Origin: an uncultured bacterium
GTDB lineage: Bacteria; Auribacterota; Erginobacteria; Erginobacterales; Erginobacteraceae
Direction: 5' to 3'
DNA length: 14,300 bases
Assembly (NCBI GenBank): GCA_963822585.1
Contig: CAWGIE010000001.1
Span: 1 to 14,300, forward strand
Position numbers and translations under genes: made by a program
Notes under the pieces: model-generated
Seen by the model: only the letters and a program-made list of their open reading frames with translations
The model's database searches: none
Told to the model about the DNA's origin: nothing
Part shown: positions 1 through 7,866 of the stretch, piece after piece
Layout: each line of letters opens with the position of its first letter
Position numbering within the stretch: position 1 is the first letter of the stretch

Positions 1-10
1 AGTCAAGTCC

Positions 11-39
11 AATAAGACGCTGAGGCGTCTTATTTTTTT
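11..39 (+). terminator. Rho-independent terminator of an upstream, out-of-window transcript
   Basis: Perfect 10-bp stem AATAAGACGC (11-20) / GCGTCTTATT (25-34) with loop TGAG, running into a T-tract to 39. Confidence 0.8.
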
Positions 40-116
40 CTGTAGGCCTTAAGCCCTACCCATACCGTAACCCATACTCGAGTGCGAGGCGCAGATTTGA
101 CCGTCCGCTATCGGCC

Positions 117-132
117 GAGGCCGTGTGGAAAC
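117..132. repeat. IS terminal inverted repeat (downstream of transposase)
   Basis: Reverse complement of 1708-1723 with one mismatch. Confidence 0.9.
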
Positions 133-218
133 GCGCTGAGTCGGTGGGCAAGGGGCGGCCAGGACAGTAATCGCCGCACTCGCGCAGCGCGACGAGTCCG
201 GAGTTGAGGTCGAGTGCC

Positions 219-1655
219 CTACGCCCTCATCGCCGCGATCAGCGGTCCGGCTCCGAGGATCTTGATCGCTCGCTTCAGGTTGTAGGCTAGAGCCTGCAGG
301 CTCATTTCGGTTCGCACGCGAGGCAACGTTCGGGTCAGGAAGTGACTCGATCCCATCCAAGCCTTCAGCGTTCCGAACACATGCTCGACGGTCTGTCTGC
401 GCAGTCGCATCGCGTCGGGCGCCACGTCCAATCGATCTTGAACAGCGTCCAGTATGTCCTCGTGCTCCCAGCGGGCGATGCGTCGGTACTTGCTCGTCGT
501 GCACCGTGGCTTCATTGGACACTGCGGGCACGTAGAGGACCAATACTTGTGCAAGGTCTTGCCGCGCTCCTCAGAGCTGAATCGGTAGATGGCGATCTGC
601 CCTGCTGGGCACCGGTACTCGTCCTTCTTGTCGTCGTAGACGAAGTCCCGCTTGTCGAAGAGCCCGTCGGCCAGGTTGTTCGAGGTCAACGGTTTGGGAA
701 CGACCGCGGCGATACCCGCCCGCTCGCACCCCAGGATTTCGTAGCCTTCGTAATAGCCGCGATCTGCCAGCGCAATCAACTCGCCTTCGCCAGTTGCTGC
801 CTTGGCCAGCTTGGCCATATTCGCCAGCTGGTCCCTGTCGTGGCCCACGTTAGTGACCTCGTGGGCCACGATCATGTGGTGCTTGGCATCCACTGCCGTC
901 TGCACATTGTAGCCCACCATGCCGGTGCCTCGACCGCTGGTGGCCATCGAACGTGCATCCGGATCGGTCAGAGAGATCTGACCATCCTCGGACGCCTTCA
1001 TCTGTTCACCGATCGCCTCCAGTGCCTGCATCTGCTGCTTGACCTTGGCGATCTTCTCCTTGAAATGAGCGACCCGGCCGGGCAGCACAGCCGTGGCGTC
1101 ACGGTCGGCCCGATCGAGCTCGACCAGGTAGCGCTTGATGCTGTCCTCGAGCTGCTCGATGCGGGCCTGCAGCTTGCGGTCGGTGAAGTTCTTGTCGCGG
1201 TTGTTGACCGCCTTGAACTTGCTGCCGTCGATGGCGACGACGCCGTCGGTGAAGAGCTGCATTCTGCGGCACAGTAGAACGAACTCCTTGCAAACCTTGC
1301 GGATGGCCTCGCCGTTGTCACGGCGAAAGTCGGCGATGGTCTTGAAGTCCGGTGCCAGGCGCCCGGTCAGCCAAATCAGTTCGAGATTGCGTTGCGCTTC
1401 GCTCTCCAGGCGTCGGCTCGATTGCACCCTGTTGAGGTAACCGTATACGTAGATCTTGAGCAGCGTCGCTGGGCTGTATGCCGGCCGGCCCGTCGCGGCA
1501 GGATCGGCGCGATCGAAGCCCAGCTTCCTCAGATCGAGTTCATCGACGAAGACATCAATGACGCGAACCGTGCTGTCCTCGTGGATCCAGTCATCCAGCC
1601 GCTCTGGAAAGAGAACACTCTGCGTTCGATCTTGCCCTTCGACGTATCGCCCCAT
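219..1655 (-). CDS. IS1182-family DDE transposase
   Basis: 478-aa ORF with N-terminal GRPAYSP..LLKIYVYGY..SSRRLE..PDFKTIADFR, DDE motifs AIDGSK / LADRGY / RRQTVEHVFGTLK, SLTDPDAR, and a Cys-rich C-x2-C segment. GGGAG lies upstream as an RBS. Confidence 0.95.
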   Translation of the reverse strand: MGRYVEGQDRTQSVLFPERLDDWIHEDSTVRVIDVFVDELDLRKLGFDRADPAATGRPAYSPATLLKIYVYGYLNRVQSSRRLESEAQRNLELIWLTGRLAPDFKTIADFRRDNGEAIRKVCKEFVLLCRRMQLFTDGVVAIDGSKFKAVNNRDKNFTDRKLQARIEQLEDSIKRYLVELDRADRDATAVLPGRVAHFKEKIAKVKQQMQALEAIGEQMKASEDGQISLTDPDARSMATSGRGTGMVGYNVQTAVDAKHHMIVAHEVTNVGHDRDQLANMAKLAKAATGEGELIALADRGYYEGYEILGCERAGIAAVVPKPLTSNNLADGLFDKRDFVYDDKKDEYRCPAGQIAIYRFSSEERGKTLHKYWSSTCPQCPMKPRCTTSKYRRIARWEHEDILDAVQDRLDVAPDAMRLRRQTVEHVFGTLKAWMGSSHFLTRTLPRVRTEMSLQALAYNLKRAIKILGAGPLIAAMRA

Positions 1656-1707
1656 CGATTCACTCCCATCGGTCTGACCGGAAATATGACATCGTCAGCG
1701 CGACAGA

Positions 1708-1723
1708 GTTTCCACACAGCCTC
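1708..1723. repeat. IS terminal inverted repeat (upstream of transposase)
   Basis: Reverse complement of 117-132 with one mismatch. Confidence 0.9.
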
Positions 1724-2005
1724 GGCCAGTTCCAGTCGCTGGGCACGGGCAGCTTCCCGGCATCTCATCTCGCGGTCCTCGCACCGGAGGCGACCGCCAG
1801 GTGGTGACCAGAAGGTGACCACACGGAGGTAGGCACACACAGGTAGAAGACGCCCACAGTGCGATTGAGCCGCGCTGCTGGGCTTGAGACCGTCCGAGGT
1901 GACAACCTCAGATCTCTTCCGCAACACTATCAAAAGTGTCCGGAATATTGGGGGAAGCCCAGGGCCTGATAGAAATCGACCTTCGCGTCGAGACGATTGC
2001 GATGC

Positions 2006-2091
2006 GGAGAGATGGCAGAGTGGTCGAATGCGGCGGACTCGAAATCTGTTGTACGCATCGGGTACCAAGGGTTCGAATCTCTCTCTGTCCC
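2006..2091 (+). tRNA. tRNA-Ser(CGA), degenerate, possibly a pseudo-tRNA
   Basis: 5' end GGAGAGA-TGGCAGAGTGGTCGAATGC, anticodon loop CT-CGA-AA (CGA at 2040-2042), long variable arm GTAC...GTAC, and T-loop GGTTCGAATC. Defects are a G-G mismatch in the acceptor stem, an A-C mismatch in the T stem, discriminator C and no encoded CCA. Confidence 0.85.
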
Positions 2092-2152
2092 TCTATCGTG
2101 TGGTCGCAAAGAAATTGAGTCGAGGGTGTTTCTCGAAGAGCTTTTCAATAGA

Positions 2153-3661
2153 TTATTGACTTTCCTCGACGAACACTTTCTCACGCTTTCTGCGAAGAGC
2201 TGGCAGCGCGGTCATAACGAGCAGCAGGACCGTGGCGCCGATGAATGCGGCGCTGATCGGGTGCTCGACGAATATCAACGGATTCCCACGCGAAAGCAGC
2301 AGCGCTCGCCGCAGACTTCCCTCCATCAATGGTCCGAGGATAAATCCGAGAATCAGCGGCGCCGGCTCGCACCCAAGCTTGACACACACGTAGCCGAACG
2401 CTCCAAACAGCGCCATCAGCAGCAAATCGAACGGGCTATTGTTCAAACTGTATATGCCTATCGACATAAACAACAGGATCGACGGGAACATAAACCGGTA
2501 GGGGACCTTTAGCAGTTTGACCCAGATCCCAACGAGCGGCAGGTTGAGCACGACTAACATGAGATTGCCAACCCACATCGAAACAATCAATCCCCAGAAG
2601 AGATCGGGATTCTGTGTAATGACCTGTGGCCCAGGCGTGATCCCAGCGATCATCATCGCGCCGATCATCAGCGCCATAACCGGGTTGTTGGGTAGGCCCA
2701 GCGTCAGCATCGGGATGAAGGACGTTTGCGCACCGGCGTTGTTGGCGGATTCGGGCCCGGCTACGCCTTCGATTGCGCCGTGGCCGAACTCTTCGGGGTG
2801 CTTGGAGACCTTCTTCTCTACCATGTAGGAGGCGAACGACGATAGCATCGCGCCGCCTCCAGGTAAGAGGCCGAGGCAGGAGCCCAGGCAGGTGCCGCGC
2901 ACTACGGCGCCCCATGAGCGCTTGAGGTCTTTCTTTGTCGGGAAAAGGTTCGTCACTTTGTCCAAGAACACTTCACGACTACCCTTCTTCTCCAGGTTGG
3001 CGATGATCTCAGCGACGCCATACATGCCCATCGCTATGATCACGACGCTGATGCCGTCATCGAGTTCCGGCACGCCGAGGGTGAAGCGCAGTACTCCGGT
3101 ACTAATGTCGGTGCCGACCAAGCTGAACAGCAGACCGAGGACAACCATCGCTAATGCCTTAATCAGTGATCCGTGCGCGAGCACGGTCGCCGTAACCAGG
3201 CCGAATAGCATCAGTGAAAAGTACTCTGTGGGACCGAACTTGAGTGCCACTGCTGCAAGTGGCGGCGCTGCAGTCGCGATAATCAGCGTCGCGACGCAGC
3301 CCGCAAAGAACGAACCGAGCGCTGCAATCGCTAGCGCTGGACCCGCACGGCCGCGACGCGCCATCTGGTAGCCGTCGATGCAGGTCACCACTGCGCTCGG
3401 ATCGCCCGGGATGTTGACGAGTATGGACGTAGTTGAGCCTCCATACTGCGCGCCGTAATAGATTCCTGCGAGCATGATGAGCGCCGCTATCGGAGTCAAC
3501 TTAAAGGTGATTGGCAGCAACATTGCGATCGCCGCCAGCGGTCCGATGCCGGGCAACACCCCGATGAGCGTACCGAGCAGTACGCCGAGCAGACAATAAA
3601 GCAGGTTTGCCGGTGAGACTGCGACCTGTAATCCAAGCAGTAGGTGGTGGAAGATTTCCAT
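2153..3661 (-). CDS. tctA: Tripartite tricarboxylate transporter large permease TctA
   Basis: 502-aa hydrophobic protein with the duplicated TctA signature (GVLLGTLIGVLPGIG; GTCLGSCLGLLPGGG), YYGAQYGGS..SIL.NIPG and GVAGPESANNA. Confidence 0.95.
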   Translation of the reverse strand: MEIFHHLLLGLQVAVSPANLLYCLLGVLLGTLIGVLPGIGPLAAIAMLLPITFKLTPIAALIMLAGIYYGAQYGGSTTSILVNIPGDPSAVVTCIDGYQMARRGRAGPALAIAALGSFFAGCVATLIIATAAPPLAAVALKFGPTEYFSLMLFGLVTATVLAHGSLIKALAMVVLGLLFSLVGTDISTGVLRFTLGVPELDDGISVVIIAMGMYGVAEIIANLEKKGSREVFLDKVTNLFPTKKDLKRSWGAVVRGTCLGSCLGLLPGGGAMLSSFASYMVEKKVSKHPEEFGHGAIEGVAGPESANNAGAQTSFIPMLTLGLPNNPVMALMIGAMMIAGITPGPQVITQNPDLFWGLIVSMWVGNLMLVVLNLPLVGIWVKLLKVPYRFMFPSILLFMSIGIYSLNNSPFDLLLMALFGAFGYVCVKLGCEPAPLILGFILGPLMEGSLRRALLLSRGNPLIFVEHPISAAFIGATVLLLVMTALPALRRKREKVFVEESQ

Positions 3662-3676
3662 GATTGATATGGCCTG

Positions 3677-4138
3677 CTATCCCAATGCCTCTGGCCAAAC
3701 GGGGAACGGCAGCGAGAGCCCCTTGACAAATACGAGAACTGAGAAGATCGTCAGCACCGCGATCAGTAGAGTGACCTCCTTCCATTTGAATTCGTGGCCA
3801 CATAATGCGCTGAGGACCGTCAGTACGGCGGTAGCAATCACCAGTCCGAGCGGCTCCATCAAATAGCCGTAGGCAACGACAGCGAGAAGCAGAAACAAGG
3901 GCCGTATATGAAGGGGCGGTACGGGCTCGGGGTCGGACGAGGAAGCGAGCGACCTTATGAGTATCACGGCGCCGAGGATCGCAAGTACCGCGCCAAGAAC
4001 TGTCGGAAACAACCCCGGACCAATGCGGCCTATCGTCCCCAGCCGGTAGTACGTCGCGCTCCAAATCAACGCGAACAGACCCACGGCGAGGAACATCGCC
4101 CCCGCCCAGAAATCCTTGGAATTCGTGCGCCTCATCAC
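3677..4138 (-). CDS. tctB: Tripartite tricarboxylate transporter small membrane subunit TctB
   Basis: ~153 aa with several TM segments, motif GT..RIGPG.FP and C-terminal F..GL.LP.P.WP. It lies directly upstream of tctA behind a strong GGAGGAGGA RBS. The start is either GTG 4138 or ATG 4135. Confidence 0.9.
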   Translation of the reverse strand: MMRRTNSKDFWAGAMFLAVGLFALIWSATYYRLGTIGRIGPGLFPTVLGAVLAILGAVILIRSLASSSDPEPVPPLHIRPLFLLLAVVAYGYLMEPLGLVIATAVLTVLSALCGHEFKWKEVTLLIAVLTIFSVLVFVKGLSLPFPVWPEALG

Positions 4139-4319
4139 CTTCCTCCTCCTTCGGTGGCGCCAAGGGAAATAGAGCGTAGCGGACCGATCAACAATACACG
4201 CAGCGGAAACGATTGAAGCATTTTGCGTATTCCGAAGCCATAGCGGCCTGTTGCCGTGAGTTTCTTATACTCGGTTACGATTGGCCTGACGATAGGCGGC
4301 GACTTTGCTCCTAGGCGTG

Positions 4320-4517
4320 TCAATTAACTTTGGCAGGCTGGTGTTCGTGCAACTCACTCGGCATTTGCCACTGACGACGATTCGTCATCATGTCGCGCGC
4401 TATAGCGGAGAGCAGAAGCTCAAGACCTTCTCCTGCGTTGAGAAATATCTCTGCGATACGTTTGCCGGACCGATGTACAAGGACATGCGCATCTGCTTGA
4501 CGCGAATAGATGTACAT
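4320..4517 (-). CDS. Hypothetical small protein (65 aa)
   Basis: ATG preceded by a strong SD-like GAGGGGGA, co-oriented with and upstream of tctB, in an otherwise empty 750-bp gap. No family recognised. Confidence 0.4.
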   Translation of the reverse strand: MYIYSRQADAHVLVHRSGKRIAEIFLNAGEGLELLLSAIARDMMTNRRQWQMPSELHEHQPAKVN

Positions 4518-4607
4518 AAATTCCCCCTCTCGCCTTGGTTCACCCTCTGCTGCTTCCGCACGCTCCTCTCCGTGCGGTGCTCGAAGCCCTCTGGCATCGA
4601 ATGAGTG

Positions 4608-4637
4608 TTGACAGTACAGGCGAGCTTAGCATAAAGT
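4608..4637 (+). promoter_or_regulatory. Putative sigma70 promoter for the tctC-enzyme operon
   Basis: Perfect -35 TTGACA (4608-4613), 18-nt spacer, -10-like TAAAGT (4632-4637). Confidence 0.55.
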
Positions 4638-4657
4638 CATTCTAATGATTAACGTGA
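4637..4657. promoter_or_regulatory. Putative operator, copy 1 (TCATTCTAATGATTAACGTGA)
   Basis: Pseudo-palindrome TCA-N3-TAAT-G-ATTA-N3-TGA. Its reverse complement matches 12242-12262 at 19/21. Confidence 0.7.
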
Positions 4658-4894
4658 ATATGGCTGTACTGCACTAACGCGCAAAGGCAGATGAGTCGAG
4701 GAGGCAATCGGCTCTTCTGTTCGGAGAAATGACGGAGTTACTCTGCGCCGGTCCGATAATAGATGGGTGGCGCTTTGATCGAGTCTGTAAACACAGTGGG
4801 GTGCGGGATGAATAATCAACTTCCCCACGAAGACGAAGAGCACGTGCTGCACCCATCAACACTTAATTAACAGGGCCACTGAAAGGAGGAAGGG

Positions 4895-5887
4895 ATGCGA
4901 CCGTTAATGGACGGAATACTGGGATTACGCCGTTGGGTGCTAGTGCTTTGCGCGCTACTGCTCCCGTTTTCTTGGAGCAACGTTTACGCTACCGATTATC
5001 CTGCGAAGCCGATCCGCTTAATTGTGGGGTGGCCGGCTGGCGGTGCGTCAGACGTTATTGCGCGGGTTGTCGCAAAGGGACTCTCCGAGAACATGGATCA
5101 GTCGGTTTATGTTGATGACCAGCCCGGTGCAGGTGGGAATATTGCCGCCAATCAAGCTGCCAAGGCGAAGCCCGACGGCTACACGATCCTTTTGGCCACT
5201 ACATCCTATGGGACCAACCCTAGCTTGTATAAACATTTGCCATTCCATCCGATCAAGAGCTTTGCGCCCGTGTCCATGGTCGCGGAATCGGCGTTCTCGT
5301 TAGAGGTGAATCCATCGGTACCAGCGAAGTCTGTCGGCCAGTTGCTGGAACTGGCGAAGTCCGAGCCGGGCAAGCTCAACTACGGCTCGCAGGGTCCCGG
5401 TAGCACTGCTCATTTGGCGTTCGAGTTGTTCAAGGCCATGACGGGCGCGAAGATCGAGATGATTCCATATAACGGAGGGCCACCCGCGACCAGAGCTTTG
5501 ATCGCAGGAGACATCCAAGTTATGTTCGACAGTACAATCACCACATTCCCGCTGGACAAAGCCGGCGAGGTACGCATCTTAGGTGTCACCACACGAAAGC
5601 GCCTACCGCAGGCGCCGAACATCCCCGCGATTTCCGAGACTGTTCCTGGTTACGAGGTTGTGACTTGGTTCGGCGTGCTTGCCCCGGCGGGGACCCCCAA
5701 GAGCGTCATAGCTCGCCTACATGCGGGTGTAGCGGCAACGTTGCAACAGGCGGAGGTACGACATCGTCTGTCTTCCCTTGGAGCTGTCGCCACCAGCAGC
5801 ACACCCGAAGAACTACGGCGCTTTATCAAGGGTCAAATATCAAAATGGGCAAAGGTCGTAAAGGCGGCGGGAATTAAGCCACGATAA
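4895..5887 (+). CDS. tctC: TctC/Bug-family periplasmic substrate-binding protein
   Basis: 330 aa with a signal peptide followed by YPAKPIRLIVGWPAGGASD..AR, PGAGGNI, PDGYT and IPYNGG. RBS AGGAGG. Confidence 0.95.
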   Translation: MRPLMDGILGLRRWVLVLCALLLPFSWSNVYATDYPAKPIRLIVGWPAGGASDVIARVVAKGLSENMDQSVYVDDQPGAGGNIAANQAAKAKPDGYTILLATTSYGTNPSLYKHLPFHPIKSFAPVSMVAESAFSLEVNPSVPAKSVGQLLELAKSEPGKLNYGSQGPGSTAHLAFELFKAMTGAKIEMIPYNGGPPATRALIAGDIQVMFDSTITTFPLDKAGEVRILGVTTRKRLPQAPNIPAISETVPGYEVVTWFGVLAPAGTPKSVIARLHAGVAATLQQAEVRHRLSSLGAVATSSTPEELRRFIKGQISKWAKVVKAAGIKPR

Positions 5888-5970
5888 GGGACGGACACCG
5901 TCATAGATTGAGCTTCGGCGTCCCGATGTGTCGAAGGCAAGCAAGGTGACCTAATTGGGAGATTGATCGC

Positions 5971-6792
5971 GTGTGTGAAGAAAATCGTAAGAAGGCGTTT
6001 GAATGTATCCGTGTCGTAGAGCGAGCGGAAAAGCCTAGGGCGCGAGGCATTACGTACGCCAGAGATCGTGGCATGGGACTGAAAAGTCTCGAGGCCACGT
6101 TGGAATCGAGTTCGGAGTATCTAGACGTTCTCAAGCTTGCGAGCTTCATGCCGCGGCTGCAGCATAGGAGCGTGATCCAACGGAAAATTGGCATGTGCCG
6201 AGAATTTGATGTGGACGTAGGCTTGGGCGGTGCGCTCTTCGAGATCGCGCTGCTTCAGGGACCGGATGTGGTAAGGGCGTTCTTGCAAGAGGCACGCGAC
6301 CTCGGCGTAGTTTACGTTGAAATATGCCGAGCTATCGCTATAGTGCCGCTCTCCCATCTCCTCGATTTGATCGGAGTTGCAAGAGAGATCGGTCTTAAGC
6401 CTATAGCCGAAGTAGGTGTTGCCTATGGAATTACCGCTGATGAGGAAGTAGTGGTAGATCAGACAAGGCTAATTGCAACAATGCGGAGGTGTCTCGAAGC
6501 TGGTGCTTGCAAAGTTCTCCTTGAGTCTGAAGGGATCACCGAGAGTCGCCACAAGAAAGACTATCGTTGGGATGTAGTATCGGCGATCGCTAATACCTTT
6601 AACCTTGATGACATTATGTTCGAGGCGGACGACCCAGAGGTATACACGAAGTACATAAAGGACTACGGCCCAGAAGTAAATCTGTTCGTTGACCACTCTC
6701 GTGTCATGCAACTGGAATCCGCGCGTCGTGGGGGCTGGGGCATGAATCCGATTGTGGGTCGTGTAGCGACCTATTACGGGGCCACCTCATAA
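5971..6792 (+). CDS. ComA (phosphosulfolactate synthase)-family protein, Hsa32-like divergent subgroup
   Basis: 273 aa with KPR..GIT, EYLDVLKL, GGALFE, VEI, EVG, ESEGITE, MFEA.DP and YGPEVNLFVDHS..LE..R.G.WG, all typical of the ComA TIM-barrel family. GTG start. Confidence 0.85.
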   Translation: MCEENRKKAFECIRVVERAEKPRARGITYARDRGMGLKSLEATLESSSEYLDVLKLASFMPRLQHRSVIQRKIGMCREFDVDVGLGGALFEIALLQGPDVVRAFLQEARDLGVVYVEICRAIAIVPLSHLLDLIGVAREIGLKPIAEVGVAYGITADEEVVVDQTRLIATMRRCLEAGACKVLLESEGITESRHKKDYRWDVVSAIANTFNLDDIMFEADDPEVYTKYIKDYGPEVNLFVDHSRVMQLESARRGGWGMNPIVGRVATYYGATS

Positions 6793-6840
6793 CAGGCGTC
6801 AATGCGCTATCTCTTGTGACACCAGGACGAGGTTCTGCCA

Positions 6841-7839
6841 ATGAAAAGATCTAAACTGCTACGTACCTGGTACGAGCAACAACGGTTTTTTGTCAGTGCT
6901 GGCGTAAATAATGCGTTGGAAGCGCGTCTAGCCCAGGCAGCGGGCTATGATGCCGTGGGCCTGTCGGGCGCTGGATGCGCCGCGATGTGCGGTCTACCGG
7001 ACGCTGGGCTCCTGACGCTCACTGAGCTGGTTAACACTGTGCGCTACGTCGTTGACAGCGTGTCTGTCCCTGTCTTCGTGGATGGGGAAACAGGCTTTGG
7101 CAATATTCACGCTGTTCGCCGAACCGTGAAGGAAATAATCAAGACTGGGGCGGCCGCCTTGTTTCTTGAGGATCAAGCCGAATTAAGGCGCTGCGGTTTC
7201 ATAGCGGGCAAGCGTGTACTGCCTGTCGACGAGGCAGTAGCCAGGTATCGCGCAGCCGTGGACATCCGGAATGAACTGGACACTGATTTCATTCTCATTG
7301 CCCGATGCGATGCGCGAGGTGCTGTCGGCGGCTCTCTCGAGGACACCATCGCACGGGCTAAAGCATATCGTGACGCCGGCATGGAAGTCATCTATTTTGA
7401 AGCCATTCCCTCCATGCACGAGATCAATGCATGCATCGCACAAGTTGCGCCACCTGTTTATTTCAGTCTAGGGGCTATTCCTCTAGCTAGTCGCCCTTCC
7501 CACGATGAAATGGCTCGGATGGGGATTGCAAATGCACACTATTGGATGCTAAGGCCTCTGCGAAATTATCCGGTGGATCGCCTGATGTGGGAGATCGTTC
7601 ATGATGTTAAGGAACGTGGGCCGCTGGCATTGAAGGAATGGAATGACTGGGCGCAAGCTTTTCCGTGGAAACGTTCGGCGCCGCCGCACTTCCACGAGTT
7701 TATGGGATTTCCAGATGTAAGAAACGTTGAGAAGAAGTTTCTGCCACAAGAGGAACAGCATAAATACAGGTCCAGCGTCGGCCTTTATACCCCCGGTGAC
7801 AATCCGGAAGTCGTCAAAGAAGACGTCGAGTGGCGCTAA
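6841..7839 (+). CDS. Isocitrate lyase/PEP mutase superfamily enzyme (methylisocitrate/dimethylmalate lyase-like)
   Basis: 332 aa with SGAG, GLPDAGLLT, VDGETGFG, LEDQ..RRCGF..GK, IARCDA and RAKAY.DAG....FEA. Confidence 0.9.
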   Translation: MKRSKLLRTWYEQQRFFVSAGVNNALEARLAQAAGYDAVGLSGAGCAAMCGLPDAGLLTLTELVNTVRYVVDSVSVPVFVDGETGFGNIHAVRRTVKEIIKTGAAALFLEDQAELRRCGFIAGKRVLPVDEAVARYRAAVDIRNELDTDFILIARCDARGAVGGSLEDTIARAKAYRDAGMEVIYFEAIPSMHEINACIAQVAPPVYFSLGAIPLASRPSHDEMARMGIANAHYWMLRPLRNYPVDRLMWEIVHDVKERGPLALKEWNDWAQAFPWKRSAPPHFHEFMGFPDVRNVEKKFLPQEEQHKYRSSVGLYTPGDNPEVVKEDVEWR

Positions 7840-7866
7840 CCACGATAAGAGAGAGGAGCGTTAAAG

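Larger units (their letters stand above)
117..1723 (-). mobile_element. Complete IS1182-family insertion sequence (1607 bp)
   Basis: Terminal IRs GAGGCCGTGTGGAAAC (117-132) and GTTTCCACACAGCCTC (1708-1723) match at 15/16. GGCC flanks both ends (113-116, 1724-1727). It contains one intact transposase. Confidence 0.92.

Noticed and set aside
58..77. Short direct repeat ACCCATAC x2 (and GGTGACCA x2 near 1804-1822)
   Set aside because: Only two 8-bp copies each, with no array structure. Compatible with chance and not CRISPR.
342..1277. 311-aa plus-strand ORF and other ORFs overlapping the transposase
   Set aside because: Antisense or alternate-frame shadows of a GC-rich transposase gene with no recognisable motifs.
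1529..2512. ORFs 1529-2068(-), 1884-2159(+), 1930-2184(-) and 1997-2512(+)
   Set aside because: They cross the IS end, the tRNA or tctA and have no protein-family signal.
5971..6792. Coenzyme M or sulfolactate biosynthesis operon (gene symbol comA)
   Set aside because: No comB/comC/comDE in the window, canonical motifs are altered, and the context is uptake and catabolism.
6841..7839. PEP mutase / phosphonate biosynthesis cluster, or prpB
   Set aside because: It lacks the EDK-x5-NS PEP mutase motif (it has EDQ...CG), and there is no ppd, prpC or prpD nearby.
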